Source: Seison nebaliae (Eukaryota). From it: a stretch of 64,000 nucleotides of DNA. Within the stretch, counting starts at the first letter, position 1. The number at the start of each line of letters is the position of its first letter. The DNA is taken from NCBI GenBank assembly GCA_023231475.1, contig JALJEE010002128.1, forward strand, positions 1 through 64,000, in the 5' to 3' direction. Positions 25,118 through 38,018 of the stretch are shown piece after piece. The notes beneath the pieces are model-generated. The model had not been told where the DNA came from and did no database searches. It saw only the letters and a program-made list of their open reading frames with translations. The position numbers and the translations under genes were made by a program.

Positions 25118-26347
25118 ATGACAACGTCGTTGGGAACGAATAAGTATAATCGGTCGAATTGGGAAGTCTCCAATTTTCCCATTTTATGTGAGACATGTCT
25201 TGGCGATAATCCATATGTGAGAATGCAACGAGATGCTCGTGGTGCCGAATGTAAAATATGTCAACGACCATTCACCACATTCCGTTGGTGTCCCGGTGCT
25301 CGGATGCGATTTAAACAAACCGAAATTTGTCAGACATGTGCAAAAGTGAAAAATGTGTGTCAAACATGTCTGCTTGATCTACGTTATGGTTTACCAGTGG
25401 AAGTACGAGATGCAGCATTGAATTTATCCAATGATAATGAACCGACATCAGATGTGAATCGAGAATATTATTTGCAGAATGTGGAGAGAGAAATGGGTGA
25501 GAAAGATTCGGCAGAACCGGTGAGTAAATTCAATGAGAAGGATAATCCCGTTCTCAAAAATCAGAATGATGATATGTTGTTGAAATTGGCGAGAACGCAA
25601 CCATATTACAAAAGAAATCGTCCTCACATTTGTAGTTTCTTCGTCAAAGGGGAATGTGGACGTGGCGAAGAATGTCCATATCGACATGAGAAACCGGGCG
25701 ATCCAGACGATCCACTCACTGATCAGAATCTTCGAGATCGTTATTATGGTATTCGAGATCCAGTTGCAGCGAAATTGTTAAATGCATATAAATCGATGCC
25801 GAAATTGGAGAAACCGTCAGATCGATCAGTAACATCGTTATATGTGGGAAATATTGGATTGTTGAGTGAGAATAAATTGAAAAATTATTTTTGTCAATAT
25901 GGTCAAATTCAATCGGTGACTATGCAAACGAAATCATCTTGTGCTTTCGTCCAATTCAAAAAACGAGAAGACGCAGAATATGCAGCAGATGCAACATTCA
26001 ATAAATTGCAAGTAGATGGGAAACGATTGACAATTAAATGGAAACATTCTCCTAATCATAATCAAACATCTTCATTCACTTCCTCTTCATCATCTGGAAA
26101 TATTCGAAATAATTGTCCAGTTCCCAATCTGGCACCAGTTTTACCTGCACCTGGTGTCACTATGATTAATTTCCAGCCAAGTAGTGGAAAACGAACATCA
26201 ACGAATATGAATGACAATAACAAGAAGAGTTTAATGGAGAATCAACATTTCGTTCAAGAATTGAGAGACGCACCAAAAGATAATATAAATATAAATGAAA
26301 ATAATCAAATTTATTATGACAGTCAAAATCCTGATCTTCTCACATAA
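25118..26347 (+). CDS. RBM22: Pre-mRNA splicing factor RBM22 (Cwc2/Slt11 family), intronless
   Basis: [16 protein letters not shown]...[18 protein letters not shown]-terminal zinc module, CCCH finger ([26 protein letters not shown]) and RRM (TSLYVGNI...CAFVQF). Confidence 0.96.
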   Translation: MTTSLGTNKYNRSNWEVSNFPILCETCLGDNPYVRMQRDARGAECKICQRPFTTFRWCPGARMRFKQTEICQTCAKVKNVCQTCLLDLRYGLPVEVRDAALNLSNDNEPTSDVNREYYLQNVEREMGEKDSAEPVSKFNEKDNPVLKNQNDDMLLKLARTQPYYKRNRPHICSFFVKGECGRGEECPYRHEKPGDPDDPLTDQNLRDRYYGIRDPVAAKLLNAYKSMPKLEKPSDRSVTSLYVGNIGLLSENKLKNYFCQYGQIQSVTMQTKSSCAFVQFKKREDAEYAADATFNKLQVDGKRLTIKWKHSPNHNQTSSFTSSSSSGNIRNNCPVPNLAPVLPAPGVTMINFQPSSGKRTSTNMNDNNKKSLMENQHFVQELRDAPKDNININENNQIYYDSQNPDLLT

Positions 26348-26423
26348 ATCTTCATTTATTTCTTCATCAGTTTTCTTTAAATGAATTTCTCCTTTCTCCA
26401 CAGATCTCGTTTGTTGTGTGGAA

Positions 26424-26612
26424 ATGTTAAGAAATATTCTCGTCAACTTTTCTCGTTCGTATAAGACTAAAGTTCAATTGAAACGACGATGCAATGATTG
26501 TTATTATAAATGGAGAAATGGACGTTTATACGTCGAATGTACCACATTTCCAAGACATAAACAACGACATAGATATTCTATGGAACCGGGAAGGAAATCG
26601 GAAGAAAACTAA
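26424..26612 (+). CDS. MRPL36: Mitochondrial ribosomal protein bL36m
   Basis: A short presequence-like N-terminus precedes [36 protein letters not shown], the CxxC...C...H zinc ribbon of L36. Confidence 0.9.
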   Translation: MLRNILVNFSRSYKTKVQLKRRCNDCYYKWRNGRLYVECTTFPRHKQRHRYSMEPGRKSEEN

Positions 26613-26651
26613 ATTTTTTTTCATTTTTTTTTAAATTTCATAATAAACAAA

Positions 26652-29116
26652 TTAGTGATAATTAAATGATTCTTCTGATGATCGTATATCAGTTGAGATG
26701 ATGGAATTTTCTTCTCGATTCGGATAACCTAATTTAGTGTGTTCTATAAAAATTTCATTTTATTTAACATTCATTCTAACAAATCATACTAACTATTTCT
26801 AGTACGTAAACTTAATAGGAATAAAATGAGTAATAGAAGAAGGAAAGAATAAAGAACGATCATTTCCACCGATATCCACATAATCTTCAAATCAGCTATA
26901 CGGAAAATAAATTGAATTGATTTATATTCTGAAAAAAGTTTGTTAGATTTCATTGACCTATTTGAAAATGTTAACTTACTTGAATGTTCATCAATGTTTG
27001 AAGAAATTCATGCTTAATTATTTCATTCAACTTTTTCTCAAACATTTTTTCGAGAACAAACGATGTCCTCTTCTTGCCACAAGTCAGTTTGAGATATTCG
27101 CAGAACAATGTTGCCTCACCTTTCAAGGCAATGGTGAAATTGAATGAATCTGACTCAACTTCACCATGTAATAATGTGGAATGTCTCAATTTACTTGCTG
27201 CTGTACCAAAAATGTTTGAAAATAATCTTTCCGCTTCTATTTCTATCTTTAAAAAAGTGAAATTCCACTCATGGAAAATAGACAATAAACTCATATTTGG
27301 AATGAAATAATAAAAATAACGATTTTTATAAATTTTATTTTGTTCCTTTTCTCTCTCAATTTTATGTTGCCACTTATTTCAAATATTGCATCATCTTCTA
27401 ATCGTCCAGAATATTTCACATCTATCGGACTATTTGAGATGATAGAAGAGAAGAATGTAAAGACGAAACGAACATAAAATTGTCGGTTGGAGCCGAGGGT
27501 AATACGGATACTTTAATAATCCTTTCGTATAAGATCATCAATTCATATTTAAACACCTTTTCAAAAAATTAAGAAACTGTATTCGGTCACGAGCTTGTTT
27601 CTTCGTATGATATTCTGTATATCTTGAAGTGATTTCTGTGACTCTTTTAATAAACGACAATGAAGAAAATAAGAAGAATATGGAGAGTAACTTAACAGTT
27701 TTCGCGAACGCCAATGTCGGAATCGTTCGACTAATTAATGTGGTAGTTGTACTGGTTAAACTGGTGGTTGTAGTGGTAGTGGTTGTGGTAGTAGTGGTTG
27801 TTGTAGTCGTTGTAGTCGTTGTTGTAGTTGTGGTTGTGGTGGTGGTGGTTGTGGTTGTTGTTATTGTTATTGTTGTCTATATTAAAAAATTTCATTAAAA
27901 TTTTTCAAAAGAAATTTTATATTTTATACAAATCGATTCTTCACTTTATGTACCTGACTTCAACAGACATTATATTCAAATTTATCTTTTTTCATTTTAC
28001 TACTCATTATGAATTATCGCGCTATGTTTTTGGTATCTTAACTCGACACTTTTAGCGTTATGATGAAACATACGAACCGTGGGAGTTGTTGTGGTGGTGG
28101 GAGAGGTGTCGTAACTGACACTTATCGTAAAAGGACAAGTACTTGTGGTGGGAGTATTCGTAGTAGTAGTAGTGGTTGTTGTTGTTGTAGTTGTGGTTGT
28201 TGTAGTTGTGGTAGTTGTTGTAGTTGTAGTAGTGGTAGTTGTTGTGGTGGTTGTGGTTGTACTAGTAGTGGTAGTTATTCGAGTTTGTGTAAAATCGTTA
28301 TAATAATCGATAAATGACTTAAAATAAAAGTTTTTTTTCGTGGGGATCTCAATGAAAGTTTAACTCCGTTCATTAGAACATGTGAATCTTGATCACCATT
28401 CATATAATACAATCCTTCTCTTAACGTCAATATGACGATGCACGAATGCATTTTAATTTGTTCTAACAGGACTCGTTTAACATCCTCCACACCTCGAAAA
28501 GAATTGATGATAAAATAAAAATGTGAAAGAAATAAATAAAAAAACCGTCTGCTTTTACATAATGAATGGGAAACATGGTTTTCTTCCACCATTGAAACGT
28601 AGGTCTGATCATAGTCGATCGATTTTCATGTCGTGACCAGATTCTAATATTTCTTCGATATTCCTGAAATTCTTCATTCTCTTCCTTTTTCTCTTTCTTA
28701 GTCAATAATCGACGTCTATCACAATTAAATGGAAACTCCTGATATTTTATACGATCATACAACTTCATTAACTGATGCTCTAATATGCTCGAAGGAAATT
28801 TAAACTATAATATTCTGACAGTTCAGTTTATTAGGTCCACTGAAATTTAGTGAGATAATAGAAGAAATGAGATATTATAAAGAAATATATAATATTATAA
28901 CAGATCACCGCGACATATGAGTCTTGTGCGTATTTTACTTTCTATACAATAGGATTCGAAACATACATCCGTGGAACTATTCTGACCACCATTTACAATG
29001 ACGAGGAGATATCGAATAAATAAACGTTTTTTTCCTCTGGCTTTTATCGTACATACCCCACCAATTATAAATAGAAAACAAACGAAAATGTATTGAAATC
29101 GAATTGGTCTAATCAT
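26652..29116 (-). CDS. Type I transmembrane mucin-like protein with two poly-Thr tracts (multi-exon; one apparent frameshift)
   Basis: Signal-like start (MIRPIRFQYIFVCFLFIIGGVCT), (ACN)n Thr runs at about 27740-27880 and 28080-28280, a C-terminal TM (MIVLYSFLLLLLILFLLSL) and a short tail ending at 26652. Continuity requires a 1-nt indel at the A6 run 27563-27568. Exon boundaries are partly tentative. Confidence 0.6.
27740..28280. repeat. Two (GTN)n trinucleotide tracts encoding poly-threonine on the minus strand
   Basis: gtt/gta/gtg/gtc triplet runs vary only at one position, which fits coding ACN codons. Confidence 0.85.
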
Positions 29117-30973
29117 AAATTGTTTTCACCATATCTCCATATGGTACTCTTTTGTTTATGTTTATAAAGAATATCCACTGGAGAAACTAAAAAGAAAAAT
29201 TGATAAATGAGTTTAAAATATTTTCAATGAGATAACTTAATAACAGATGGAAATTTTTTTCTTAATGACTTAAGATTGTGGATGAATTATATTGAGAAAA
29301 CATACGAAAATTATCGTATGATGGGAAAAAGTTTATATTACTTTAGAACTATCTGTTTATTATGTTCAATAAGAACGATAATTAAGAATTCCATTTTCAA
29401 GAATCAGCATGATGATATATTGTGGAAATTGAATAAAATGCAACCATATTATTAAAGAAATCGACCTCATATATTTGATGGTATACGTTAAAATAATCTT
29501 TCTGCGTCTTTTAATAAATTATGAGTCTCGTAAACTGAAAATCAGTTGAATTTTTTTATATTATGAATAATGGTTGAGATTTCATTGAAGTATGTTAAAA
29601 TGTTAACTGATTCGAAGGGTTTCTTTTAATTCAAGCTGTACGATATTTCATATTTTATACCACCTGGAACTAACGTATTGTTTTGAGTGATCTGGTTTGA
29701 ACTTATTTAAATAAATTTAAGACCTTTATCTATAGAAGCCACAGCAAAAAATCATACTGGGTCGTCATCAATCATTGCGAATTTAAATGATCAAATGGAA
29801 ATTTTGAGCAAAATCTCCTTTGAGTTTTCTAATTTTTCAACTTTGCCCGATGAATTTCTACAATGATTTTTAGATAATATACCAATAATAATCAGATTTT
29901 ATTATCATAAGTAAACGTATGATAAATCATCTAATAATCATATGATTAATCAGTAAATTATCAGTAATATATCAAAAGTTATTTTCAATATATGTATGAT
30001 AATCAAATATTAATTATTATGCTTTAAATCATGCATGCTCATTTATCAACATGTTGATAAAGAATATTAAAATATATACACTACCGTTTGATATCTTTAT
30101 TGTTCTGTCGATCAAGGTAAAATTGGATAAATTAAGAACTCCGGGTAATTTATATCTCACAATCTTGTCAGTTTCTAGAGAGGATACTTATTTAGTTTCT
30201 TTCGTCGAAAAACGATTTTTTAAAACTTGATCATTTTATTGAAACAATATTACATCATCTTTAAATGATTCAAAATGAATAATCGACTGATGAAAAAGAA
30301 AAAGTGGGAGAGAAAGATTTATCTCATTGTCAGCCCTAGGATGTTTACCTTCAATTTCTTTCCTTTTCCCCATTAAATTTAAAATTTCAAATAATTAAAA
30401 TTATATTTCTGTAAATCAAATCAAATTGGAGTTAAATCGTTTTATTAAACTGACTCACTTAACCTATTATTAACCTTCTTATTAATAAACTGAAGATTAA
30501 AACCCAAATTTGAAACGATCATACGATCAGGCGGGAATTCTAAGGACAAACCAGTAAATCGTTCAAATATTATATAGACGATTAGGAATTAGAATGAAGA
30601 GAAAAAAAATTTTGGTTTTTAACTTCTATTCTATATTTTATTCTCATGTTAAACTTATTCGTTATGAGTTAATCATAATTTCATTAAGTTTACGTTTTCT
30701 TATGAATTTCTGATTAAATTTATTATTATGAATTTACTCTATCATCATCGATTTAATGTATGGAATTCGTTTGCGATTCGAATGAGGAGCTTTACAGAAA
30801 GCATGACTTCGGTGATTATCGACGAAATGATTCTTTGGTAATTTTTTCAGTTGTATCACGTGGCAGATTTCCAGAAAACTAAAGACCTAAAACGGAAATT
30901 ATGATGATTACTTAGAAAAGTGGTAAGACTATAAAATAATTTTTTTTCTTTAAATTTTTCTATCGAAATTAGA

Positions 30974-31642
30974 ATGATGAATGTTGTTGGTTGGTGCTCT
31001 TTATTTCTCCTTCTGACATGTCTCCATTCATCATTGGAAAACGGGAATTCCATCAGTTACGAATTCGTTGGAGATGTAACATGTGCCAATAAAACAACAT
31101 ACCAATGTTCGATCGATGATTGTGGTTGTGTTGTGGGAGTGGAAGAGGAGGAGATATTGGAGAGACCGACAAAAAAAGAGATTTGGGGCATCGGATTGTT
31201 AATGGTGACGATAATAAATATGTGCAGTCTGGTAGGTGCAGTGCTCTACCCGTTGATGAAGATGAAATTTTATTATCTTTTCCATTTGCCATTAATTGGA
31301 TTGGCAATCGGATCGTTGTCTGGTACAGCTTTATTACATCTATTGCCGAAAGCGTATAAAGTGTCGGATGAAGATTTCCATTTCGTATGGAAAGGTTCAA
31401 CAGCTGTCGTCGGAATTTATATGTTCTACACTTTGGAAAGAATCATCAATATTGTAATTTCTGTCAATCGAATCAAAAAGAGTCGAGTTTATTCAAATTC
31501 ATCAGATTAGATGATTCATTTCCGTTCATTAATATAGAAAGATCAAAAAACGGTCAAGAAGGAAAATAAAGAAAATGGTGAAGTGAATAATGATTCAAAT
31601 ATCAATTCAAATTGTTAGAATTGTCATATTTGTCTTCCCTCT

Positions 31643-31674
<32 letters not shown>

Positions 31675-32805
31675 AACTAAATTATTAACAAAAAATTAAC
31701 GACAATATTTTTCTTTCTCGACATTTTGTCGAATTTGTTAACTGAAAACGTTGAAATTTGGAAAACTAAATAGTGTTGGGAGAAGAAGAAATTATGCTGT
31801 ATAACAATTATAAACTCGTCAATAACAACGATTCACGTTGGTGTATTTCTGATGGAATTGAATTGGTATATGTCTTTCTTAATTTTTCACTCACTAAATT
31901 TCACTTAAATTTTCATTCATTTACTCTTCTTCTTTTTTCGAATTTAAACGAGTCATTTAACGCTATACAGCTACATTTTCTTTTTTGATGATGAATGAAT
32001 ATATTTCTTCTAATTTAATGAATGTTTTCCAGCGATCGATATGAACAATACATGTCCAACATCTGATCATTTTTCAATGATGGATAATAAAGTGACGTCG
32101 GACGTCCATAGTAAACAACCACATCATGCTCATTTGGGAAATGCTACTCGTGGTATTGTTGCTTGGATGATCATCATTGGTGATTCTCTTCACAATACAA
32201 TCGATGGTTTGACAATTGGCGCTGCATTCTCTCAATCAAAATCCATCGGGATCAATGTAGCTGTAGCGGTGATATGTGAAGAGTTCCCTCACGAATTAGG
32301 TTTCTCTTCTTCATCTTCCTATCATTCTCTTATCATTAATTTTTTAAGGTGATTTTGTGATTCTTTTGAATTCGGGAATGTCCGTTTGGAAAGCGATGGC
32401 TTTCAATTTCATGTCGGCTTGTTTCTGTTACTTAGGATTTGTTATTGGGGCGATTGTTGGTGTAGAAAGCGAGGATGCAGCAACATGGATTTTTGCATTA
32501 GCAGGAGGAATGTTCATCTACATCTCTCTCGTCAATATCGTTAGGAAGAATTTGAAATTGAAAATTTTATTTTGAATTCCATTTAATTTGTACAGGTGCC
32601 CGAACTCATTCATTCGTCGGAAGAAACAGAAGAACGTCTATTGCAACGCAAATGTGAAGAACTTCAATGTGATGTGGACGCATTAACTTTCCGGCAACGC
32701 ATATGGTGTTCACTTTGTCCTTATCTACTTCAAAATGTGGGATTACTTACTGGATATATTGTGATGATCTTACTAGCTCGATTCTCTGAAACGATTCAAA
32801 TTTAA
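30974..32805 (+). CDS. SLC39A14-like: SLC39/ZIP metal transporter, LIV-1 subfamily, ZIP8/ZIP14-type, 6 exons
   Basis: Signal peptide, [16 protein letters not shown], His-rich loop, [30 protein letters not shown] (E replacing H, as in ZIP8/14), [15 protein letters not shown] and [10 protein letters not shown]. Confidence 0.92.
31640..31674. repeat. (CT)n microsatellite in a ZIP intron
   Basis: The run ctctctctctctctctctctctct is directly visible. Confidence 0.85.
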
Positions 32806-33965
32806 TCAGAAACTCCAATTATTATTATTCCTCCAATTCAACAGCAATTTCCAAATTATTTTCCCTTATCCCATAGCATAGAGTGCAAAATAGAGTTATT
32901 TCGTTAAACTCAAATCTCAAAATGGTTAACATGATAGAAAAGTCGTTTGGTGGAAATTTTTCGTCGATTTGACAGGACGAATAAATATGAGAATTTTTCG
33001 AAAATTTTTCAAGAAATTTTTTCTTTTGTCTATTGACATATGTCAATATTCCCTCGTGAAAAACTTACTCCACTACCACTTTCAATGGAATCGTCGAAAG
33101 GCTAAAGTTGAAGACTCAGGAATGGTTAATCGAATTCACTTATTAGATTTCTTTTTATGATTTTTGAAGAAAGTCAATTCGTTCCTATTAAATAATTCCT
33201 TTCATTCTTCCATAATCATTTTCTACAAATTTATTTCGAATTCAATATCGTTTCTTTTATTTCCATTTTTTCTCCTTTTTAGACATTTCTCATATTTTTC
33301 AATTCCGTCCTATTATTCTTATATTATTCGTCTTTTTCATCCATTTCCGTTGTTGTATTGGAGGAAAGTTATTGTTGGTTAAATTAAAAATTTTATTTAT
33401 CTTCTCTCAAAATGATGATTATGATGATGCGAGATATATTTATAAAGTTAATTTGTTGTAGTGATGAGATGAAATGGTTTTTTTATTCATCTTCTACTAG
33501 TTATTTGAATTCGCATCGGTTATGTGATCAGTTAAATAGAAAAGGAATTTTTTGTAGAGAATTAGCTGAAAGTGGAGGAAGAGGTAGAATCTAATTATGA
33601 CAGAAGGGAATGATCGGAAAAAAGAAATCCAATTATTTTTTTATGCCGTCTATACACCATCCTCTCCCTTCTAATAGACAACAGATGATGCCTCATCTGC
33701 AAATTGGTAGTTGTCCTTCTGGTGTAACTATTTCTTACATGAGACAAGTAAGAGGTGATATATGATGACGATGAGAGACTTCATCGGATAGTATCCGTTA
33801 CTGGAAAGTAGATATTGGAAGAAGTAGATTCATTTGAAAATATCATACGGAAAACGAGGAATCGTATTCTCTAGTTTCATATGATTATGTTATAGATCTA
33901 TTTGTCTGACACTGGCGAACGGATGAACATTCTCAACTCAATTATTTGATTACCTCGTCCAACAG

Positions 33966-34235
33966 TTATCCATTTCCGAGAAATGTATATGGATGTCTCT
34001 CTGCTCGGCTGACTCTCGTGAGAGTAGAGAAGATTCATCTGAATACTATTTATATGCGTATCCGAATGAAGAAGCAAAACTTTTCTTCCACAAAAGAGAA
34101 GAAAGAACTGATAGCGCCGGGAGAATTATCACTCGAAAATTCAAACGAATTCTCTTTTTTTCAAGAGACTATAGTCCCATTGAGAAATGGAATTTAATTA
34201 AAGCACAAAAAATGAACAGGAGAATTATCCATTAA
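33966..34235 (+). CDS. Possible terminal exon of an unresolved gene
   Basis: An acceptor-like ccaacag at 33965 opens an 89-codon frame (LSISEKCIWMSLCSADS...). I could not join upstream exons consistently. Confidence 0.2.
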   Translation, partial: LSISEKCIWMSLCSADSRESREDSSEYYLYAYPNEEAKLFFHKREERTDSAGRIITRKFKRILFFSRDYSPIEKWNLIKAQKMNRRIIH

Positions 34236-34635
34236 TTTTCTTCTCTTTAGTCGTCAGATAGACTTATTTCTCTTAATTGTTTAATTATACTTTTCCATAA
34301 CATTTGCGACAACCCAATAATCACATATCGAAAATATTTTTTTATCTTCAACTTCTTCTCATTCTCAATTATAGGAAGATATATGTTCGAATAAAATTAA
34401 CAATAACTCAATGACGATGATGATGAAGATTAGAAATATGAGTGAGATGATTGAACGTTTAAAGAATGGAATTGAAGAAGAGGACGAAATAAGTAATCTG
34501 GAAGAATTGAATGGAACTGTAATGGAAGTGAATCGGTAAGTGAAAAACGTTCTTTGATAAAGGAAGACATCTGTATACTAAAATCATTCACGAATATGTT
34601 GTACAGATATTTGAGTATGCTAATTTAAGAGTTTA

Positions 34636-34700
34636 GGTGATTTGGTAGACGGGACTATTTGGTAGACCGACCATTTGGTAGACGGAGATTTGGTAGATTT
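34636..34700. repeat. Four spaced TTTGGTAGA motifs; probable DNA-transposon terminal remnant
   Basis: ggtgatttggtagacgggactatttggtagaccgaccatttggtagacggagatttggtagattt. Confidence 0.55.
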
Positions 34701-35352
34701 GCTCCAAAATTTTGGATCATTCAAAAGGATTATGCTCATTAAAAATACGGTTAAAGTTAAATTTTAATTTTAATTAATTATGTAATTTATTATATTATAA
34801 TATTTTATTTATAAAGAAAAAATTTATATAATTTTCAGAAAGTGGAATTCTCCTACAATCTGATTTTTAACCACATAGACGAAGCAGATATCCTAATTTT
34901 AGGCACTTTTTTGCAATATCTCAAATGACAATTCTTATCATTTTCTTCCGTTGATTGAGGATGAAGGTCCAACATCGGATTCGAATCATTTAAACTTTTC
35001 GTGTTCCAGATAATTGGCATGACTACACATTCTCCAGTGTACGTGCATACTAGAATGCCAAAAATATAATGAAAGAATTAAGAGCATAAAAATTAGGATG
35101 CTAACTATGTAAGAATTAATTAGCAATTTTACAAATTAAATCTAATCATTGAACATCCAATTTAGTTAAATGTTTCTATGTACGAAGCCTACGGGAACAA
35201 ATTATGATATTTTCACGATTAATTAACATGATTAATATGATTTTGTCTAATGTTTTAACATCAAATGATGATGCAATTTAATTAATATGATAATTCACAG
35301 CATAATATTTTCATAATAATAATGTCGTAATACAATGTCGATTGATGCCTAA

Positions 35353-36474
35353 ATGGATATCGCAAAATCTACCGCAAACTTTACTGACGTATTGAGATAT
35401 GAAAGAAATGAATCAGCTTATGATGGCAAAATGAAAGTTATTCTCAACCTTCAACATACTACACTGGCGTTATGTTGTCTAAGTATCATATCAATTTCAA
35501 TCTCTTTATATTATCATTATAAGAAAATGTTATTTTATCGTAACCAATTGGAATGTATGGAAAGCAGTATGAAATGTTATATCTCTTTAGAATATTTAGA
35601 ATATTTAATTATTTATCGAAATATACTTGGTCTCATTTTCTTATCCTCCATAACCATCACATATATGTTCTCCAAGAAGCTATTCAAAAATACGAATGTT
35701 TGTAGATATGTCGTTTATCTAATGACTTGTGCTAACTCAACTTATTATATTGTCCAAATTATAATGAATATCGGCATTTGTCGAATATACAAAAACCTTA
35801 AAACTTATGGTCGTTGTTCGGATTCGGATTATAACAATAAAGTAGAATGTGGTTCATTCTCAACTATACTCAAATTAGTTAGAGGTCGATATGCCACATC
35901 TTACGAGAACATTCTCGGTACTTTCTTCATTCAAATGATCATTATAACTGTCATTATTTCTATCACATCCATCGATACGTTTATGCGTAACATCTCAATT
36001 TGTTCCTCAACAAATCACGTTTATTCATCTGCTGATAAATATTTTACATCCTTCAAATTTCTAATGGTAGCAAGTACGTATTTTGTGATTTTCGCAACGG
36101 TTATTGCGTTGATAGATGTCAAAAGAAATTTATCATTATATCAAACATATTCGTTATCTTCATGGATCTACCGTCAATTGTCGGCATTTCGTCATTCTCA
36201 AATTATATTCAGCTTATTATTAGGCCTCATTGGCACACCATCGTTCTTCATATTTTGGATGGTAAGACATAAAATGCAAGGAAAAGAGAAAATGGCAATA
36301 ATAGGCTCGTATCTCTCTATCATTTGTAGTTTGCTGAGAGGATTATCGTTTACAATCGAACTCATTTTTTTCGAATGTTTTTACAAATCGAATTTTAAAA
36401 CGAATCGACTAGAGCAATGGTCTACGCACATTCCCAAAGCCACAACGATGGGACGCACGTCTCATACAAAGTAG
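35353..36474 (+). CDS. Divergent seven-transmembrane GPCR-like protein (intronless)
   Basis: About seven hydrophobic segments, N-terminal N-glycosylation sequons (NFT, NES), Cys at the top of TM3 (NVCRY) and in ECL2 (SICSS). TM7 SLLRGLSFTI recalls the class-B SxQGF motif. Confidence 0.65.
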   Translation: MDIAKSTANFTDVLRYERNESAYDGKMKVILNLQHTTLALCCLSIISISISLYYHYKKMLFYRNQLECMESSMKCYISLEYLEYLIIYRNILGLIFLSSITITYMFSKKLFKNTNVCRYVVYLMTCANSTYYIVQIIMNIGICRIYKNLKTYGRCSDSDYNNKVECGSFSTILKLVRGRYATSYENILGTFFIQMIIITVIISITSIDTFMRNISICSSTNHVYSSADKYFTSFKFLMVASTYFVIFATVIALIDVKRNLSLYQTYSLSSWIYRQLSAFRHSQIIFSLLLGLIGTPSFFIFWMVRHKMQGKEKMAIIGSYLSIICSLLRGLSFTIELIFFECFYKSNFKTNRLEQWSTHIPKATTMGRTSHTK

Positions 36475-37301
36475 AAATCTCCTACCATTGACCGTAAAGG
36501 AGGAGATCGATCAACAATATTTCAATTTATCACGTCGGGATTTTTTTTAAAAAAAAATCTTCCGAAGGAAAATTGAGGTTGAAATCGAAGTAAAAAACCG
36601 AGTTCCTCATGAAAATAGATAACTCATAAATTGAAACAAATTTTCGTTTATTGGACAAAAGTTAGAAAATTACTTTTTTTCGAAATTAACTATTTCCCTT
36701 AAAAATTAGAATTATCGTTTCCAAACAAAATAAATCAAGTGACAAAACGTGAAAAATATATTCCTAACAGAAACTTAAAAAACGGAAGACCATAATGATG
36801 GTCAAAAAACTACTATTTCGGTAAACATCTATAACTAATTGATAATGCCTTCTACATTTCTCTTCCAGAATGTGGTAGAGTCAAAACGATGTTAAATAAA
36901 GAACAATTCTAGACTTTCCTTAATGTTTAATTGTATTCCTTAGATGATAACTAATTTTCCATCATCTCTTTAGTACTTACCCTACTCAACAAAAAAAAAA
37001 TTTTTAACGTTGAATTGTCCGAAAAAATATACTTTATCCAAACTATTATTGTTTAGTTTGTAAAATATAATAGATAAACGTTGAAAATTGCATTGCTTTC
37101 AACTCATTCGCTATTGAACAAAAAAATAATTTTAAGATTACTATAGTAATCTTAGATTAATCTTATTTCTAATAATCTAATTTAGAAGAAGATAAATGTT
37201 TATCTTTATTATTCTCCGTAATTTACGAGCGTAATTGAAAGTCAATTTAGTTTAATTAATTAATTTTTAAATATCAATATGGTGATTACATAGATATAGA
37301 C

Positions 37302-37435
37302 CATGGATGTCAAATCGGGAGGAAGAAAGAGAAAAAAACAGTTTTCAGCTTCCTCTGCGTTATAGAGATCTTCTAATGTAAAAACTACAGAATGACATGA
37401 TTTGTCTCTTCGTTCCTCCCAACTTGACATCCATG
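37302..37435. mobile_element. hAT-type MITE, 134 bp, with 8-bp target-site duplication
   Basis: Imperfect TIRs of about 38 bp (catggatgtcaaatcgggaggaagaaagaga... / ...tctcttcgttcctcccaacttgacatccatg) are flanked by the exact direct repeat ATATAGAC at 37294-37301 and 37436-37443. Confidence 0.9.
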
Positions 37436-38018
37436 ATATAGACGATGGGCACTCTCAAAAAACCGTCCCGATAAAGCTGATTGACTGCGAAGGACGTTGT
37501 TCGATTTAGTTTCACATTTTCACAAGAGATATACCTTTACACGATCTTAAGATCGTATATCATAACCGATTTTTTTTTGATATCTTTTGTATAAATCAAA
37601 CAGTAAGTTTAAAAATTCAACGATCAGTAAAAACCAAAGTGGAAAACTTTTTCCTTTGTGCACATTTGAGTTACATTATGATTGATGTTATTGATTACTT
37701 ACTTTTGGTCTTAAAATTTTGTACTTAACATTGTGGAGTCAAGATTATCAATGTTTGATCAGTCTAATAACTTTATTTGATTTCCATTTCGTGAGAATTT
37801 ATGAATAATAGTTGAGTATATATACATACGCACGTATGTTACTTACAAATCTTATTTTTGTTAGTTATACAAATGGCGATTTAGATAACGACGTTAATCA
37901 AGAAAATAGAGTTGATATCTTTGATTGACATGTTGATTTCTCAATTTTACTATATATAAAAAATAAAGTTTAAAACTTTTTTTTACTGCTATTATTTATC
38001 TTTCGATTTTATTAGAGT

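Noticed and set aside
27629..28317. Plus-strand poly-Val and Cys/Gly/Ser-rich (metallothionein-like) ORFs
   Set aside because: They are antisense and alternative-frame shadows of the minus-strand poly-Thr exons.
29300..30000. Possible coding remnants between the mucin-like and ZIP genes
   Set aside because: The frames I checked contain frequent stops and show no recognisable homology.
34636..34700. Regularly spaced repeats resembling a CRISPR array
   Set aside because: The repeats are about 10 bp with spacers of 5-7 bp, the context is eukaryotic and there are no cas genes.
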